Part shown: piece by piece, positions 23,168 through 34,772 of the stretch
Layout of the letters: every line of letters starts with the position of its first letter
How positions within the stretch are numbered: position 1 is the stretch's first letter
From: Octopus bimaculoides
Lineage: Eukaryota
Length of the DNA stretch: 35,017 nt
Direction: 5' to 3'
Assembly (NCBI RefSeq): GCF_001194135.2
Contig: NC_068986.1
Span: 87,251,680-87,286,696, forward strand
The notes under the pieces: model-generated
What the model saw: only the letters and a program-made list of their open reading frames with translations
The model's database searches: none
Told to the model about the DNA's origin: nothing
Program-made: the position numbers and the translations under genes

Positions 23168-25173
23168 TGTATATATATACACACATATATGTATATATAT
23201 TTGTGTGCGTATATGTGTGCATGTTTATTTGTCAGTGTGTCTGAATGTTTTTTTTTTATATCATTTTTGTGTTGTATTTTTCTGCAATTCTTTTGCCTTT
23301 ATACATCGTGTTTTCCCTATCTTATGATGTATTTATCACCGAAGAGTTATTTGTTACTTAGTTTGGCTTTTGAAATCAACGCCGGTAAAGATGACGATAT
23401 AATAATACTAATACGAATACTACTACTACTACTACTACTAATAATAATAATAATAAATCCCTAGCTGTTGTACACAAGAACGGTTTTGCATTTAGCAAGA
23501 GAGATATAGGCTTTGTATTGGTGCTGGTAATTTTTGTAATTGTTTCGATTCCAGATCCCAGATAGATTAAAAACGAGGATGATGATTCTAATAGTGATGG
23601 TAATCAAGACAATTACTATGATACACTGTTCTAAAATTAATCTACACTGCTCAATTAAATTTCAGGATAAGTGAGGGTTAAATCGTTCTAAACAGTCCTA
23701 TATATTTAACACAATATCAAACCAAAAGAAACATTAAAGTAACGACCCGAGGTTTCATATGGTAATTACAATTTTTTTGTTAATAGTATTTTTATAATTA
23801 TTAATAATACTAGTTGCATATAGGGTCGGGTTTTGCCTACATGTAGCCACTGTTAAATCATGTCTGAACGTTTCTGGACATTAAGTTTCAAGCAGAACGT
23901 CATTGTAAGTTTATGTGGTTTGCTTTCTTCAATTGGATGATATATTGTATATTTATTTTACATTTTTATACTAAGAACAGTAAGCTAGAAACTTGAGAGA
24001 AATGTTAACGAAAAGTGCTAATCATTGCTATGAAAATTAACAAAAATAGAACGAAAGAACTCCAAATAATCAAAGTAAAAGATTTTTTTTAAATTGATGT
24101 TTAAAAGATATTCATCACTAAAATATTTCTTTTTTGAGGTTCTTTAAAATCAAAAGCAAATATTTCGTTGTAAAATAAAGAAACGTTCACAAACTTCAAA
24201 ATTTTGAATAGAATAAGTTGTATTGTAAAAAGAAAGTACTTCAGATCAAGTAAAGTAATTGTTTAAACTTAACGCGAGGAAGGAATCTGAAGAAAAACAA
24301 GCCAAACTCAACGATCAGTCGAGTCAAAAATGAAATTACATATTCTAATGGAAGAATACGAAAGAAAAACGGTTAAATTAAGATAAAATTGAAAGAAACG
24401 TCCTTGGAGCTTCAAAGAGCACCCTAATATGTTTAGGTCCTGTTTCATGTCGAGAAATAGGGAACGAATCTATGGCAGTTGATATTCTTTCACAGAAGTT
24501 ACGTAATCTGAAGCAGTTTAAGCGCATGGAAAAAAGAATACGAAGAATACTATGGAACTATCAATCAAAAGTTGGAAGAAGTCAATAAAGAAGTGAGAAA
24601 ATAGATTCTAACCAATATAAAACCTCTCGTTTATATGGATGGAAAATGCAGAGACACAAACAAGTGTAGTTGCTAATCTATAATGTATGTGTGTGTGTGG
24701 TAGAGTGTATAAGTCGAGTTATATCTACACACACATACGGACAGGCAAAGTAATGCATCAGTTTCGTATGTAATTAGAAATGTCTTAGTAAAGCCATGTC
24801 GAAGAATGTGCCGTCAAGAATTGTTATACACAAAACAAAAGAAAAATAGTTAGATGTAAAAAAAAAAATGCCTGGTGGGGTGATATCCCTGAGTTCCAAT
24901 AAATACACTTATAAGATTTATTTATTATAAAACATTAAATATTTTATAAGAAAAGCTTAGTTTCTGTTTTATTAAACTTTTAGTAGCAGTGAAAAACAAA
25001 AGAATATACGAAATAAATATTGTATGAGTTAGATGTAAAATATTTGGCGCAAATTTACGATGAAATATTGACGTTTAATTGAAATAAATTTTCGTTTGGA
25101 ATTTTTTTGTATATATATATACATATATATGTGTGTGTATAAATATCTATCCTCTACGTAAAGATAGAAAAGA

Positions 25174-25368
25174 ATTAACATTCTGGGGCTCAGTAATCAT
25201 CATTGAGTAAAACATTAACATTCTAGGGCTCAGTAATCATCATTGAGTAAAACATTAACATTCTAGGGCTCAATAATTATCATTGAGTAAAAAAAATTAA
25301 TATTCCGATGCTTATTAATTATCATTGAGTTAAAAATTAACATTCCGGGCCTCAGTAATTATCATTGA
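25174..25368. repeat. Minisatellite, ~40-bp unit x ~5
   Basis: Units of attaacattctagggctcagtaatcatcattgagtaaaac start at 25174, 25214, 25254, 25296 and 25336, with no spacers. Confidence 0.9.
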
Positions 25369-25440
25369 TCGTGTTTTGTTTTCTTCAACTTTTTTTTGCT
25401 TGCTTTTTTTTTAATAATATACCGCACAGATTAATCGCTA

Positions 25441-25657
25441 ATAATCCTTTGTATTACAGGCACAAGGCCAGAGATTTTGGAAGAAGGGGCAAGTCGATTA
25501 TATCGACACCAATATCGGACTGGTACTTCACTTATCAACCCCCGAAGTGATAAAAGGCAAAGTCGATCTCGGCGGCATATGACCTGAAAACGTAAAGCCG
25601 GAAAAATGCCGCTGAGCATTTTGTCGGTGTGGCAACGATTTTGCCAGCTCGCCGCCT
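25441..25657 (-). mobile_element. tRNA-derived CORE-type SINE
   Basis: The minus strand begins aggcggcgagctggcaaaatcgtt (A-box-like), then gccgagatcgactttgcctt, aagtaccagtc...ggtgtcgatataatcgactt and ggccttgtgcc...aaaggattat. Homologous to 27398-27636 and 26653-26890. Confidence 0.8.
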
Positions 25658-26076
25658 CAGATTAATCAGTAACAATAATAGAGAAAATCATTCGTTAATA
25701 GAAAAGACAGTAATCGTTATATTATAACTACTGGACTTTAGCCAAAGTACACAGCCGCCAACTCCCAAATATTACTCGCCGACACTCTTATGAAGTCCAT
25801 CAATTAATTTGTAGATGGTAAGCATAACACCCCGCCTGGTTTAACACTACCACCTGTGTAACTTTAGTAGAGATCATACTGATGCAAGTATTCAGGTTAG
25901 ACAGAAATCTTCTTCACACGATCACGCTGTTCAGAAGATCTTCAGTTACATTAATCTAACCGGTTATGGAGGATCTGAGAATGGTAACAGCTCTGGTCTA
26001 CTCCCTTGATTGAAATTATGCAAAAAAGAAAATGTATTAAACATTCTTGACATAAATTGTCATTAGTATCCTTAAC

Positions 26077-26127
<51 letters not shown>

Positions 26128-26245
26128 AATACGTAAACACAATAGTATTTTCCTTCATGGAAGTATTTGTAAAATTAACAAACACATCAACCATATTTTC
26201 ATATTCGGTTGATTATTAAACCATTGAAGTAGTAAGTCAGTCAGT

Positions 26246-26299
<54 letters not shown>

Positions 26300-26315
26300 A
26301 AGTAGTAGTAGTAGT
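26077..26315. repeat. Two (GTA)n trinucleotide microsatellites
   Basis: Runs at about 26077-26127 and 26248-26315. Confidence 0.95.
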
Positions 26316-26652
26316 AAATTAATAGTTTTTTTCTTATAATTATTTTCTTTAAAATGATAACATGAAATTAATTTATTAATCAAAAGCGACAGCAGAAAGA
26401 AACATAAGAAACTAATAATAAAGAAGAAAAATAAGTAGTCAGAATGATAAAAAAAAGGAAAGAAAGGAAACTAAGAATCAAAATAAGATAAGTGTAGTTA
26501 TAATTTCAGAGGTTTATATGAAGAGCTCTCATTGTTTTTTTTTTTTGTTTTGTTTTGTTTTATATTTAATGCATTAAGTTATTTCTATGAGTTGGCGCCT
26601 TAACATGGCGAGAAACCACAATATCTGGATCCAAATAATAATCAATGTTTTT

Positions 26653-26890
26653 ATATTATTGCTTCTGATTCAAACACAGGGTCAATAACTTTGAAGGGAA
26701 GAGCATAGTGATACATCGAATCCAGTATATGACTGGTGCTTTTATTTCATTGACACCGAAATGATGAAAAAGCAAAGTTAACTTCGGTGGTATTTGAAAT
26801 CAGAATACAAAAGAAAAAACTTAACTAAATACCATCGCAAGGTTTTTTTTTTGTTGTTGTTGTCCGAAGCTCAAACGATTCTGCCTGTTC
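26653..26890 (-). mobile_element. More degenerate copy of the same CORE-type SINE, with an internal poly-A/(AAC)n expansion
   Basis: The minus strand reads ggcagaatcgtt...ttctgatttcaaataccaccgaagttaactttgctttttcatcatttcggtgtcaatg...gcaccagtc...gaccctgtgtttgaatcagaagcaataat. Confidence 0.65.
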
Positions 26891-27397
26891 AAAATCCCAT
26901 GCATTTTTATAATAAAAACGTTACAGGCCAGAAGAGATCTTCATAGAGAAACCAACGGCCAACCATAACTGGAACGGAAACAGACGTAGTAACATCGCAA
27001 TCCGATTAAAGAAACACATTGCTATGCACCTACGTCCCTTTTGGCTATGGATTTTCGATATTATTTAAGGTATATCTATCATCATAAGTGTCATCATCAT
27101 CATCAATTATGATTAATCAGTCTGCTTATTAATAATATTTAATCATGCAGTTATAATCGGGCAATCTCAGTTATCATCCTCTTCGTCGCACTGCCACATC
27201 CTCACCTTATTCTGTCTTGTCACAATATTCGTATTATGGTCTTACACGAACATAAACCTCACCTCTTATAAATAAGCACTACCTACTCTGCATACCAACA
27301 TCATTTGTAATAGATTTATGTATAGTGAAAAATTCTATGAACAGAGGTGTTTACGCAGAAGAATTATCTTTTATTTCGATACATATATCATTTACGT

Positions 27398-27636
27398 AAT
27401 AATAATAATAATAATAATAATGATAATCCTTTCTAATATATGCACAAGGCCTGACATTTTGGGGAGGGGACTAGTCCATTACATTGAGCCTAGTGTTCCA
27501 CTGGTACATAGTTTATTGACTCCGAAAGGACGAACGGTAAAGCCGACCTCGGCGGAATTTGAACAGAATATAGAGACGGACGAAACACCGCTAAGAGTTT
27601 CGTCCGACGTTTTAACTATTCTGCCAGCTCGCCACC
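27398..27636 (-). mobile_element. tRNA-derived CORE-type SINE with an (ATT)n tail
   Basis: The minus strand reads ggtggcgagctggcagaatagtt (A-box-like), gttcaaattcc (B-box, 27554-27564), gccgaggtcggcttt, gtaccagtgg and aggccttgtgc, then (ATT)n at 27398-27426. Confidence 0.85.
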
Positions 27637-28013
27637 ATATTAATAAGGAAATTTTCTGACTACAGCACAGGACAAAATCTCACATCGATGTTTATACTTA
27701 AATGGTATAAATCCTGCGGGATTTCAAGTCACGTCAAAGCCACAGATTATTTTACCATCTGCTCAACCGATATTCAATTCCTTAATTAAAACAATTATTA
27801 GTAGTATTGATATTAGTATATAAATATCGTTCATGCACCAGCCTTGTTCTAAGAAGATAGAAATCATTATGATTGAAATCTTTGATATCATCAGCCACAC
27901 CATTGTAATTAAAGAGCGTTGCAGTAATTTTTATTATTTCCATTTGTATTAAGTTTTGGTACCATGTTCGATCGCGAGATTGTCAAGACGCAAATCTGGA
28001 ATGTCTACATATG

Positions 28014-28015
28014 CA

Positions 28016-28090
<75 letters not shown>

Positions 28091-28400
28091 AATGTATATA
28101 TGTAAATATATATGTATATATATATATATGTGTGTATGAATATATATGTGTGTATGAATATATATATCTGTATATATATAAGCATATATGTATGTGTCTG
28201 TATATATATATGTATATGTGCATGGCATATATATATATATATTCATTATATAATATGAATTACGTATATATACACATATATGTATATATATTTATGTATG
28301 TATATGTATGCATGTTGTACGTACATAAGTATGTGTGCTTGCGTGTGCTTTTGTATAAATGTGTTTACATGTATTTATAAATGTGTGTGACTGCACCACT
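28014..28400. repeat. Compound (AT)n/(GT)n microsatellite and its degenerate tail
   Basis: Directly visible. Confidence 0.9.
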
Positions 28401-30277
28401 GTGTGTGTGTCTGCTAGCGTTTCATATGCATGTTCGTATATATGCATGCTTGTGTGCCTGAGGTGATGCTACATATACGCATAAGTCTTACACACGTTGT
28501 CAAAAGCTGTTCACCCTTAAAATGGAAACGTTCTGTAGAATTTATACGGTAAAATCTCCCCTTCTTTCGCAGTCCTCAGCTTTTTCTATGATGAATGTAT
28601 AATGAGAAATTGGCATCATCGTTCTTTTTATTCTTTCAGTTCGTTTCTTTCAATCTTCTCCATTTTTGTTCTGTTATCTGTGTGTTTTTTTTTAATTTTC
28701 AGTCTATTTTCAATTCATTTTAACATGTTTTTAAGTTATTTTAATACATATTTAAAAAAACAAATTCTAAAAAAAAACATCAGCTCTTGCTTGTCGCATT
28801 TGTCTTCTCATTCTCCCATCGTACATATATATATATATATATATATATANNNNNNNNNNNNNNNNNNNNNNNNNNNNNNNNNNNNNNNNNNNNNNNNNNN
28901 NNNNNNNNNNNNNNNNNNNNNNNNNNNNNNNNNNNNNNNNNNNNNNNNNNNNNNNNNNNNNNNNNNNNNNNNNNNNNNNNNNNNNNNNNNNNNNNNNNNN
29001 NNNNNNNNNNNNNNNNNNNNNNNNNNNNNNNNNNNNNNNNNNNNNNNNNNNNNNNNNNNNNNNNNNNNNNNNNNNNNNNNNNNNNNNNNNNNNNNNNNNN
29101 NNNNNNNNNNNNNNNNNNNNNNNNNNNNNNNNNNNNNNNNNNNNNNNNNNNNNNNNNNNNNNNNNNNNNNNNNNNNNNNNNNNATATATATATGTCAGTT
29201 TGTATATATATATCTGGATTGAAAATAAACAACTGTATACAACACACACACATACACGCTTGTATATACAAGAAAATTCAAAAGAAAAAAATGTCTTGGG
29301 GGAGAAGGAAAACGAAAGCACACACATACATACACACACACACACACACATTGTACTTACATACACACTCACATTTACACTCCAGAATCCTCTTCTCGTC
29401 ACACCGTTTTATAAAACAACAGTTCTGTTTGTCAAAACTTGTTGCCAGAGAAATATCATTTTTATTATTAATATTGTTTTTGTTTGTTTTTTTTTTGTTT
29501 TTTTTTTTTGATGATTCTGTATTTCCGTGTTTCTTGTTTTGTGATTTTTGTGTTGTTTTAATCTCCTTCCATTTAAAATTTAGCTTTAAATTTTTCTCTT
29601 ACATTTTTTTCTAAAAATGTTATGATTCTTTTTCTTGCTCTTTTCAATTTGTTTATTTTAATTATTTATACATGAATTCAGTCTCGTTGTCATAACAACA
29701 GCATTTTCAAGGGTTACGGGGGCAAAATTGGAAACTGTAGACAGGACATTTTTTTCTCGGTTTATGAGGAAAAAAATCCATTCATCTTTGTTTTTCTGAA
29801 GAACCACAATGGATCAACTGTAACTGATTTTTATTGTTTTTTTTTTCATATATATATAATTGTCACTTTAATCGGTTTGTGAACCGCTGTAGTCACAAAG
29901 ATAGGTATTACACATATTACATTTTTTAATGCATGTTATGTGTATATTTTATTCACTGTATATGCAATTTATGAAAGTTTATATATATATACACGTACAC
30001 ATACTCATATGTAGGTATGCATATATACTACTTCCCCTTTCACGTATGCATAATGCATTTTTACATATTCAGGTGTTCTTTTGGAATATTTTCATTTTGG
30101 TAATTCCAAATGTTCGTCAGGATGATAACAATGATTATTATCAATACTTTTATTATTATCAATATTATTATCAACATCTTCAAACTTAATTATCACCAAG
30201 AATCCATCAATAATTATCAACATCATTGTTTCTTTTAATTTCATTTCTTTCTTTTTGTTCTTGTCATATATCCATCT

Positions 30278-30283
30278 TTTATT
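30278..30283 (-). promoter_or_regulatory. Possible polyadenylation signal (AATAAA) about 66 nt after the spalt stop
   Basis: tttatt on the + strand. The hexamer is common in AT-rich DNA, so this is only the nearest candidate; the 3' UTR could be much longer. Confidence 0.2.
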
Positions 30284-30348
30284 TATATTTTTCAAATCAC
30301 TTGATTGAATTTTTTTTCTTTTGTTACAAAAATGATGGGGAAGAAGGT

Positions 30349-33300
30349 TCAATTTGAGACAGAAGTCCGTAGAGGCTCTTCGGTTGGATTAGTGGCGTGG
30401 TGCAGTCGCATGTGATGTTCTAATGCCGGGGAGGTAGTGAAAACTTGGTTACAAATATGGCAAACAGTTCGCCACGACCAGGAAGCAATGTTCTGGTGAG
30501 CTTCCGGTAAGAGAGATGCGTCAGTGNNNNNNNNNNNNNNNNNNNNNNNNNNNNNNNNNNNNNNNNNNNNNNNNNNNNNNNNNNNNNNNNNNNNNNNNNN
30601 NNNNNNNNNNNNNNNNNNNNNNNNNNNNNNNNNNNNNNNNNNNNNNNNNNNNNNNNNACTATGACTACTACTACTACTGCTACCAGCACTGACAGCGCCG
30701 CCGCCGCCGCTGCCGCTGCCGACAGCTACGCTACTTTCACCGACACCCACACCAACAGTAACGCCGCCAGCATCACCACTTCCATTCAATACACTACCGA
30801 CGACCACGCTACCACAAACACCACCGCCGCTAGCAGCGGCAATAGCAGCAGCACTGCTGTCGACAACACCACCACCACTAGCGCAACCACCACCACCACC
30901 ACCGGTTACTAAAGATGTCGATGATGATGAAGATGAAGAGGAAGAAGAGGATGAAGACGATGACGATGACGATGAGGATAATAAAGAAGCCGATTTCATA
31001 CTGAGATCTAATTCTCCATCTGTTCCAGTGGACATTAATAGATCATTGTTACTTACACTACTACTTAATACATCAAGGGCTGTACTATTATTAACAATAT
31101 TACAATTGCTGTTTACGATGATGTTGTTGTTGCTGTTGATAGGACTGTTGCTGCTGCTTGTATTGTTAAGGTTGGTGTTATTAACTACAGGTGTCACACT
31201 AGTTATGATGCTAGTACTATTGGGACTTAAATTGTTCTGTTGCTGTTGTTGTTGTTGTAAGTGAAGTGGATGCTGTAAGGGATGATGAGCTGTTCCTAAG
31301 CCAGGCATACTATCACTGGGCCAAGACGATGGTAGACTCTCCGTGCTCTTACGTCCACTGTCGACGCTGCTGTGTCCTCCACCGCTATCACTGCGTGGAG
31401 GTTCTTCCTTACTCGACAGTTGTGCCTCGGTCAGGTTGCTGGGCATATGGTTTAAACTCCCGTTTAAACTCTGGATGACCGATATCTCGTTCATTTTTGG
31501 AGAGATTCCGTTTAAGAAATGTGGATACTGATGAAAGAAAATCTCCGGAGACCTATGATAAGGAGATAAATAAGGGTGCTCTTTTGGGCCAATAAGAAAA
31601 GGGGGTTCAATTGACATTCGTCTACCTCGTCGGGAAGGGTTGTTTCCCCACATATGGGTCCCTATGTGAACCTTCAGGTTTCCCTTAGTGGTAAATGCTT
31701 TTGCACACATACTACACTTGAAGGGCTTGTCTCCAGTGTGAGTACGGATATGAATTTGAAGTGCGCTTGCGCTGGAAAAGTGTTTTTGACAGACACTGCA
31801 GGTATGTTTAGGAGATGGGCGTCGTACAAAAGGGGATGTATTACTCCCCTCACTGGTAGGAGTCAGGGGCAAGGAATTTTCTCCTTGGCTCACACTAGTA
31901 TTTAATGAAGTTTGACCGTTATTGTTGCTGTTACTGTTGTTGTTATCACTGTTGTTGTTGCTGCTACTATTACTGACATCATTGGGTGTATTACTAGATT
32001 TCAAGTTACTAGGACTGACACTGTTGTTGTTAGACGCAAGGGACTCGGATACGCGAGAGCTGTCCAGTTCGATCGTGGGTTCTCTTTTTATCGAAGCCGA
32101 GTCAAGATTGCTGGAGTTTTTTTTAAACGCTTGTGATGGTAGGTCCCTTATTTTGTGTGTCAGCATATGTTGCTTCATATTACCTTTAGTTGAGAAACTG
32201 CGATCACAAACTTCACATTTGAACGGCCTCTCTTTAGTGTGACTCCTAATGTGAATATCGAGAGCACTTTTGCAAGCAAACGTTTTAAAGCAAATATAAC
32301 ACGTTGTGTTTGTTTTGCCTTCTACGTTTTTGGGACGCAAGTCAAGTGCTGGCGCTAAAGGAAACACGGAACTCATGGGGAAACCCGCTACGTCAGGACG
32401 CATATGAAGAGACACAGAATGGGCACCAATGGGATCTTTCATACCATTGCTTTCGGATTTTCCCTCGGAAGTATATAACTGGCTATGGGGTGACGTTCCG
32501 GGAGATCCGTCTCCATTGAGGAAAGCACTATGTGGAAGATGATGTGAGAATTGTTTATGCGCTGGGTTAAAGTCACGGGAATGGAGTCTCATGTTGAACT
32601 TGGAGCCCACAGTCATACTGAGTGGGTTATTTGAACTGATTGCTCGGACTCGAGCTTCTAAAGCGGCAAGTGAGGTTGACGATGGAGGAACAAAACCACT
32701 TGTTATCACAGATGTTATCTGTGCTTCATAGCTTGAAGCTGGATTGAAGTCATGGTTTTTATGTAGATCTTGTGATTCGTGGGATGCAGCAGAAGCCAGA
32801 GAGTTTGGTCTTTCTTCCTCAAGATTTTCATGACCAGCCTCGCTTGACGTTCTAGAATCTTCAGGTTCGGGCCAGACTTCTTCTTTTGATTTGGTCTCCA
32901 TCCATTCCTCTTCTTTATTCGTGTCTTCTCCGTCTGTTTTCTCCCCTTTACTCTCTGTCTTTTCATCGTTTATTTCCTCAGTATCCATTAGATTGGTTTC
33001 CATACCGCTTGTATCTAGGGCACTGTCGTCCATATCACCTGTATCATCGAGGTTGCAAGTATCAACCATGCTATCCTCCATATTTTCCGATTCGACCACA
33101 CCTTCTTCCATCACACTCTCATCAATCACATTGCTATTATCTAAACTGTTACTGTTCCTAGTAATCACATTAGTGGCCCCTTCAGTCAGTTCATTGCTTG
33201 TCTCTGTCAAGTTAGTTGCATTTTCCAAATTCTTCGGAGCCAGGTCCAGAGAAGTTGGGCTTATTTTATTGTTTTCCAAAGGTGAACACAGTGGTGATGT

Positions 33301-34772
33301 AGATGTCTGAGACACCGATGGTGACGTTGTCGAAGGGGGAACAGAACGAGACAGAAAACTTGAGGATGTCTTGCTCAAGTCTAATTCTTTAGGTTCAATG
33401 GAAGGCCTCAGATCGAACGGTTTAGGGTGCCAGTCACTAGTACGATAAAGACTAGGAGGCATTGTTGGGTAAGTGTCCGCTGTATGACCCCTAATGTGCT
33501 GCTGTAGCACGAGAATGTTGGTAAACTGCTTGTGACACACTGGACACTGATGGGTGAGCCGGGTTGGCGGCTTGGCACGGTGCACACCCATATGTGTCTT
33601 GAGGTTGCCCTTCGTGGTGAAGGCACGTCCACATAACTTACAGCGGAAAGGTCGCTCTCCAGTGTGGATACGATAGTGCATTTGCAGGGCACTCTTGCAG
33701 CTCAACACACGATGACAAATCGCACATTCATTGGGATCACTCAACTTATGCTCAATATTTTCGACAAATTTCTGAAGTTTGGTCGTTTCAGAAGTATTAA
33801 CTTCCATGTAATCTTCAACATTTTCTCCAGGTTCAATATGCTTGGCGGGTGGGAAGAGCCCTCCAGGCATAGTCCTTAAATCAGTGTTGTTCATTTGCGG
33901 GGGATGAGCAGCAGGGTTAAAGTTGGGCGGCAATGCTGCAAGGGGAGGCGGTGGAACTGTTGACATCGGTGGTAGGATGTGGAAATGACGAGAAGCGCTC
34001 AATGGTATGTGGTCCATAGCCGAGGACGTGGTCGTTACCACCGAACTATTGGCAGCAGTAATGATAGATGAGATGGAAGCCGCGACTGAGTCTGAAGATA
34101 AATTTAAGGTACTCTCTGGACTGGAACAAGTCAATTTGGCTAACTTTGTTAACGGAAGAACAGATGCAACAGTAGCAGCAGTAGCATTGGGTGTTGAAGA
34201 TGGAATTGGCATCTCAACATTATTGACAGAGTTAGTATTGTTGTTCACGTTACTGTTGCTAGGTGAGGCGCAAGCGGGCGGATCTTCACTCAATTTGGTA
34301 TCAGGGTTTTCCTGTTTGAGAGCCGGGCTTTCGGTACCACTGCCAACAGCAGCAGCAGACGCAGCAACAGCAAGAGGAGTAGCACCGCCTGTACTGATCG
34401 CACCACTACTACCACTACTACTGTTACTACTACCAACCAGAACAACTCCATCGGGAGGAATTGACCTGTGGTGTGACATCAATGACGAACCCAATAAGGA
34501 AGCTTGGCTGATCGCAGACGACACAACCGGTGAATTGCAAGCTGTGATGGGAATTCCAGCAGCCGAGAGACTTATTGGTACTGAAGAGACAGCGATACCC
34601 ATCGGTGAGAACTGAAAACGTGACGGTAACAGTGCTGGATTCCTTACAGAGTGAGCAGGTGCAGGTCGATGAGCCAACTTGTAGTGGGATTTATGCTTTC
34701 CGAAATGCACACGCAATGCACTCTTGCAGGAGAACTTTATGTTGCATACATTGCAGCGATATGGACGTTCAC
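30349..34772 (-). CDS. sall: Last coding exon of a Spalt/SALL C2H2 zinc-finger transcription factor. The gene is partial: its 5' exons lie beyond the window, and there is a 131-N gap at 30527-30657.
   Basis: Open frame from the acceptor (ttttcttatattttgcag|GT GAA CGT, phase 1 within the G-E-R-P linker) to TGA at 30351-30349. It encodes Spalt hallmarks: [26 protein letters not shown]..., a triple-finger cluster (33484-33726), doublets at 32155-32301 and 31654-31800 with SAL-boxes FTTKGNLK and FSTKGNMK, the following [14 protein letters not shown] motif, and NEISVIQ (31471-31491). There are also single fingers at 34693-34755 and 30400-30462. Confidence 0.96.

Larger units (their letters stand above)
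2081..30657. other. Sixteen assembly gaps (N): 2081-2150, 2605-2614, 4519-4594, 5932-6536, 7524-7604, 8095-8104, 8562-8658, 9192-9790, 10562-10818, 12272-12376, 13036-13751, 14548-15206, 17409-17585, 22176-22415, 28850-29183, 30527-30657
   Basis: Directly visible. Nearly all abut simple repeats, as expected for short-read scaffolds; gap lengths are estimates. Confidence 0.99.

Noticed and set aside
24330-24600. Purine-rich stretch with short K/E/R-rich reading frames, possibly a decayed TE ORF
   Set aside because: Frequent stops in all frames and no recognisable RT, endonuclease or transposase motif.
25174-25368. Partly palindromic ~40-bp repeats resembling a CRISPR array
   Set aside because: Units are contiguous with no unique spacers, there are no cas genes, and the context is eukaryotic.
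33-29614. Dozens of ORF-track entries rich in YI, HT, CV, RE, LS or X
   Set aside because: They are translations of (AT)n, (CA)n and (GA)n microsatellites and N-gaps, which lack stop codons. They show no domain content.
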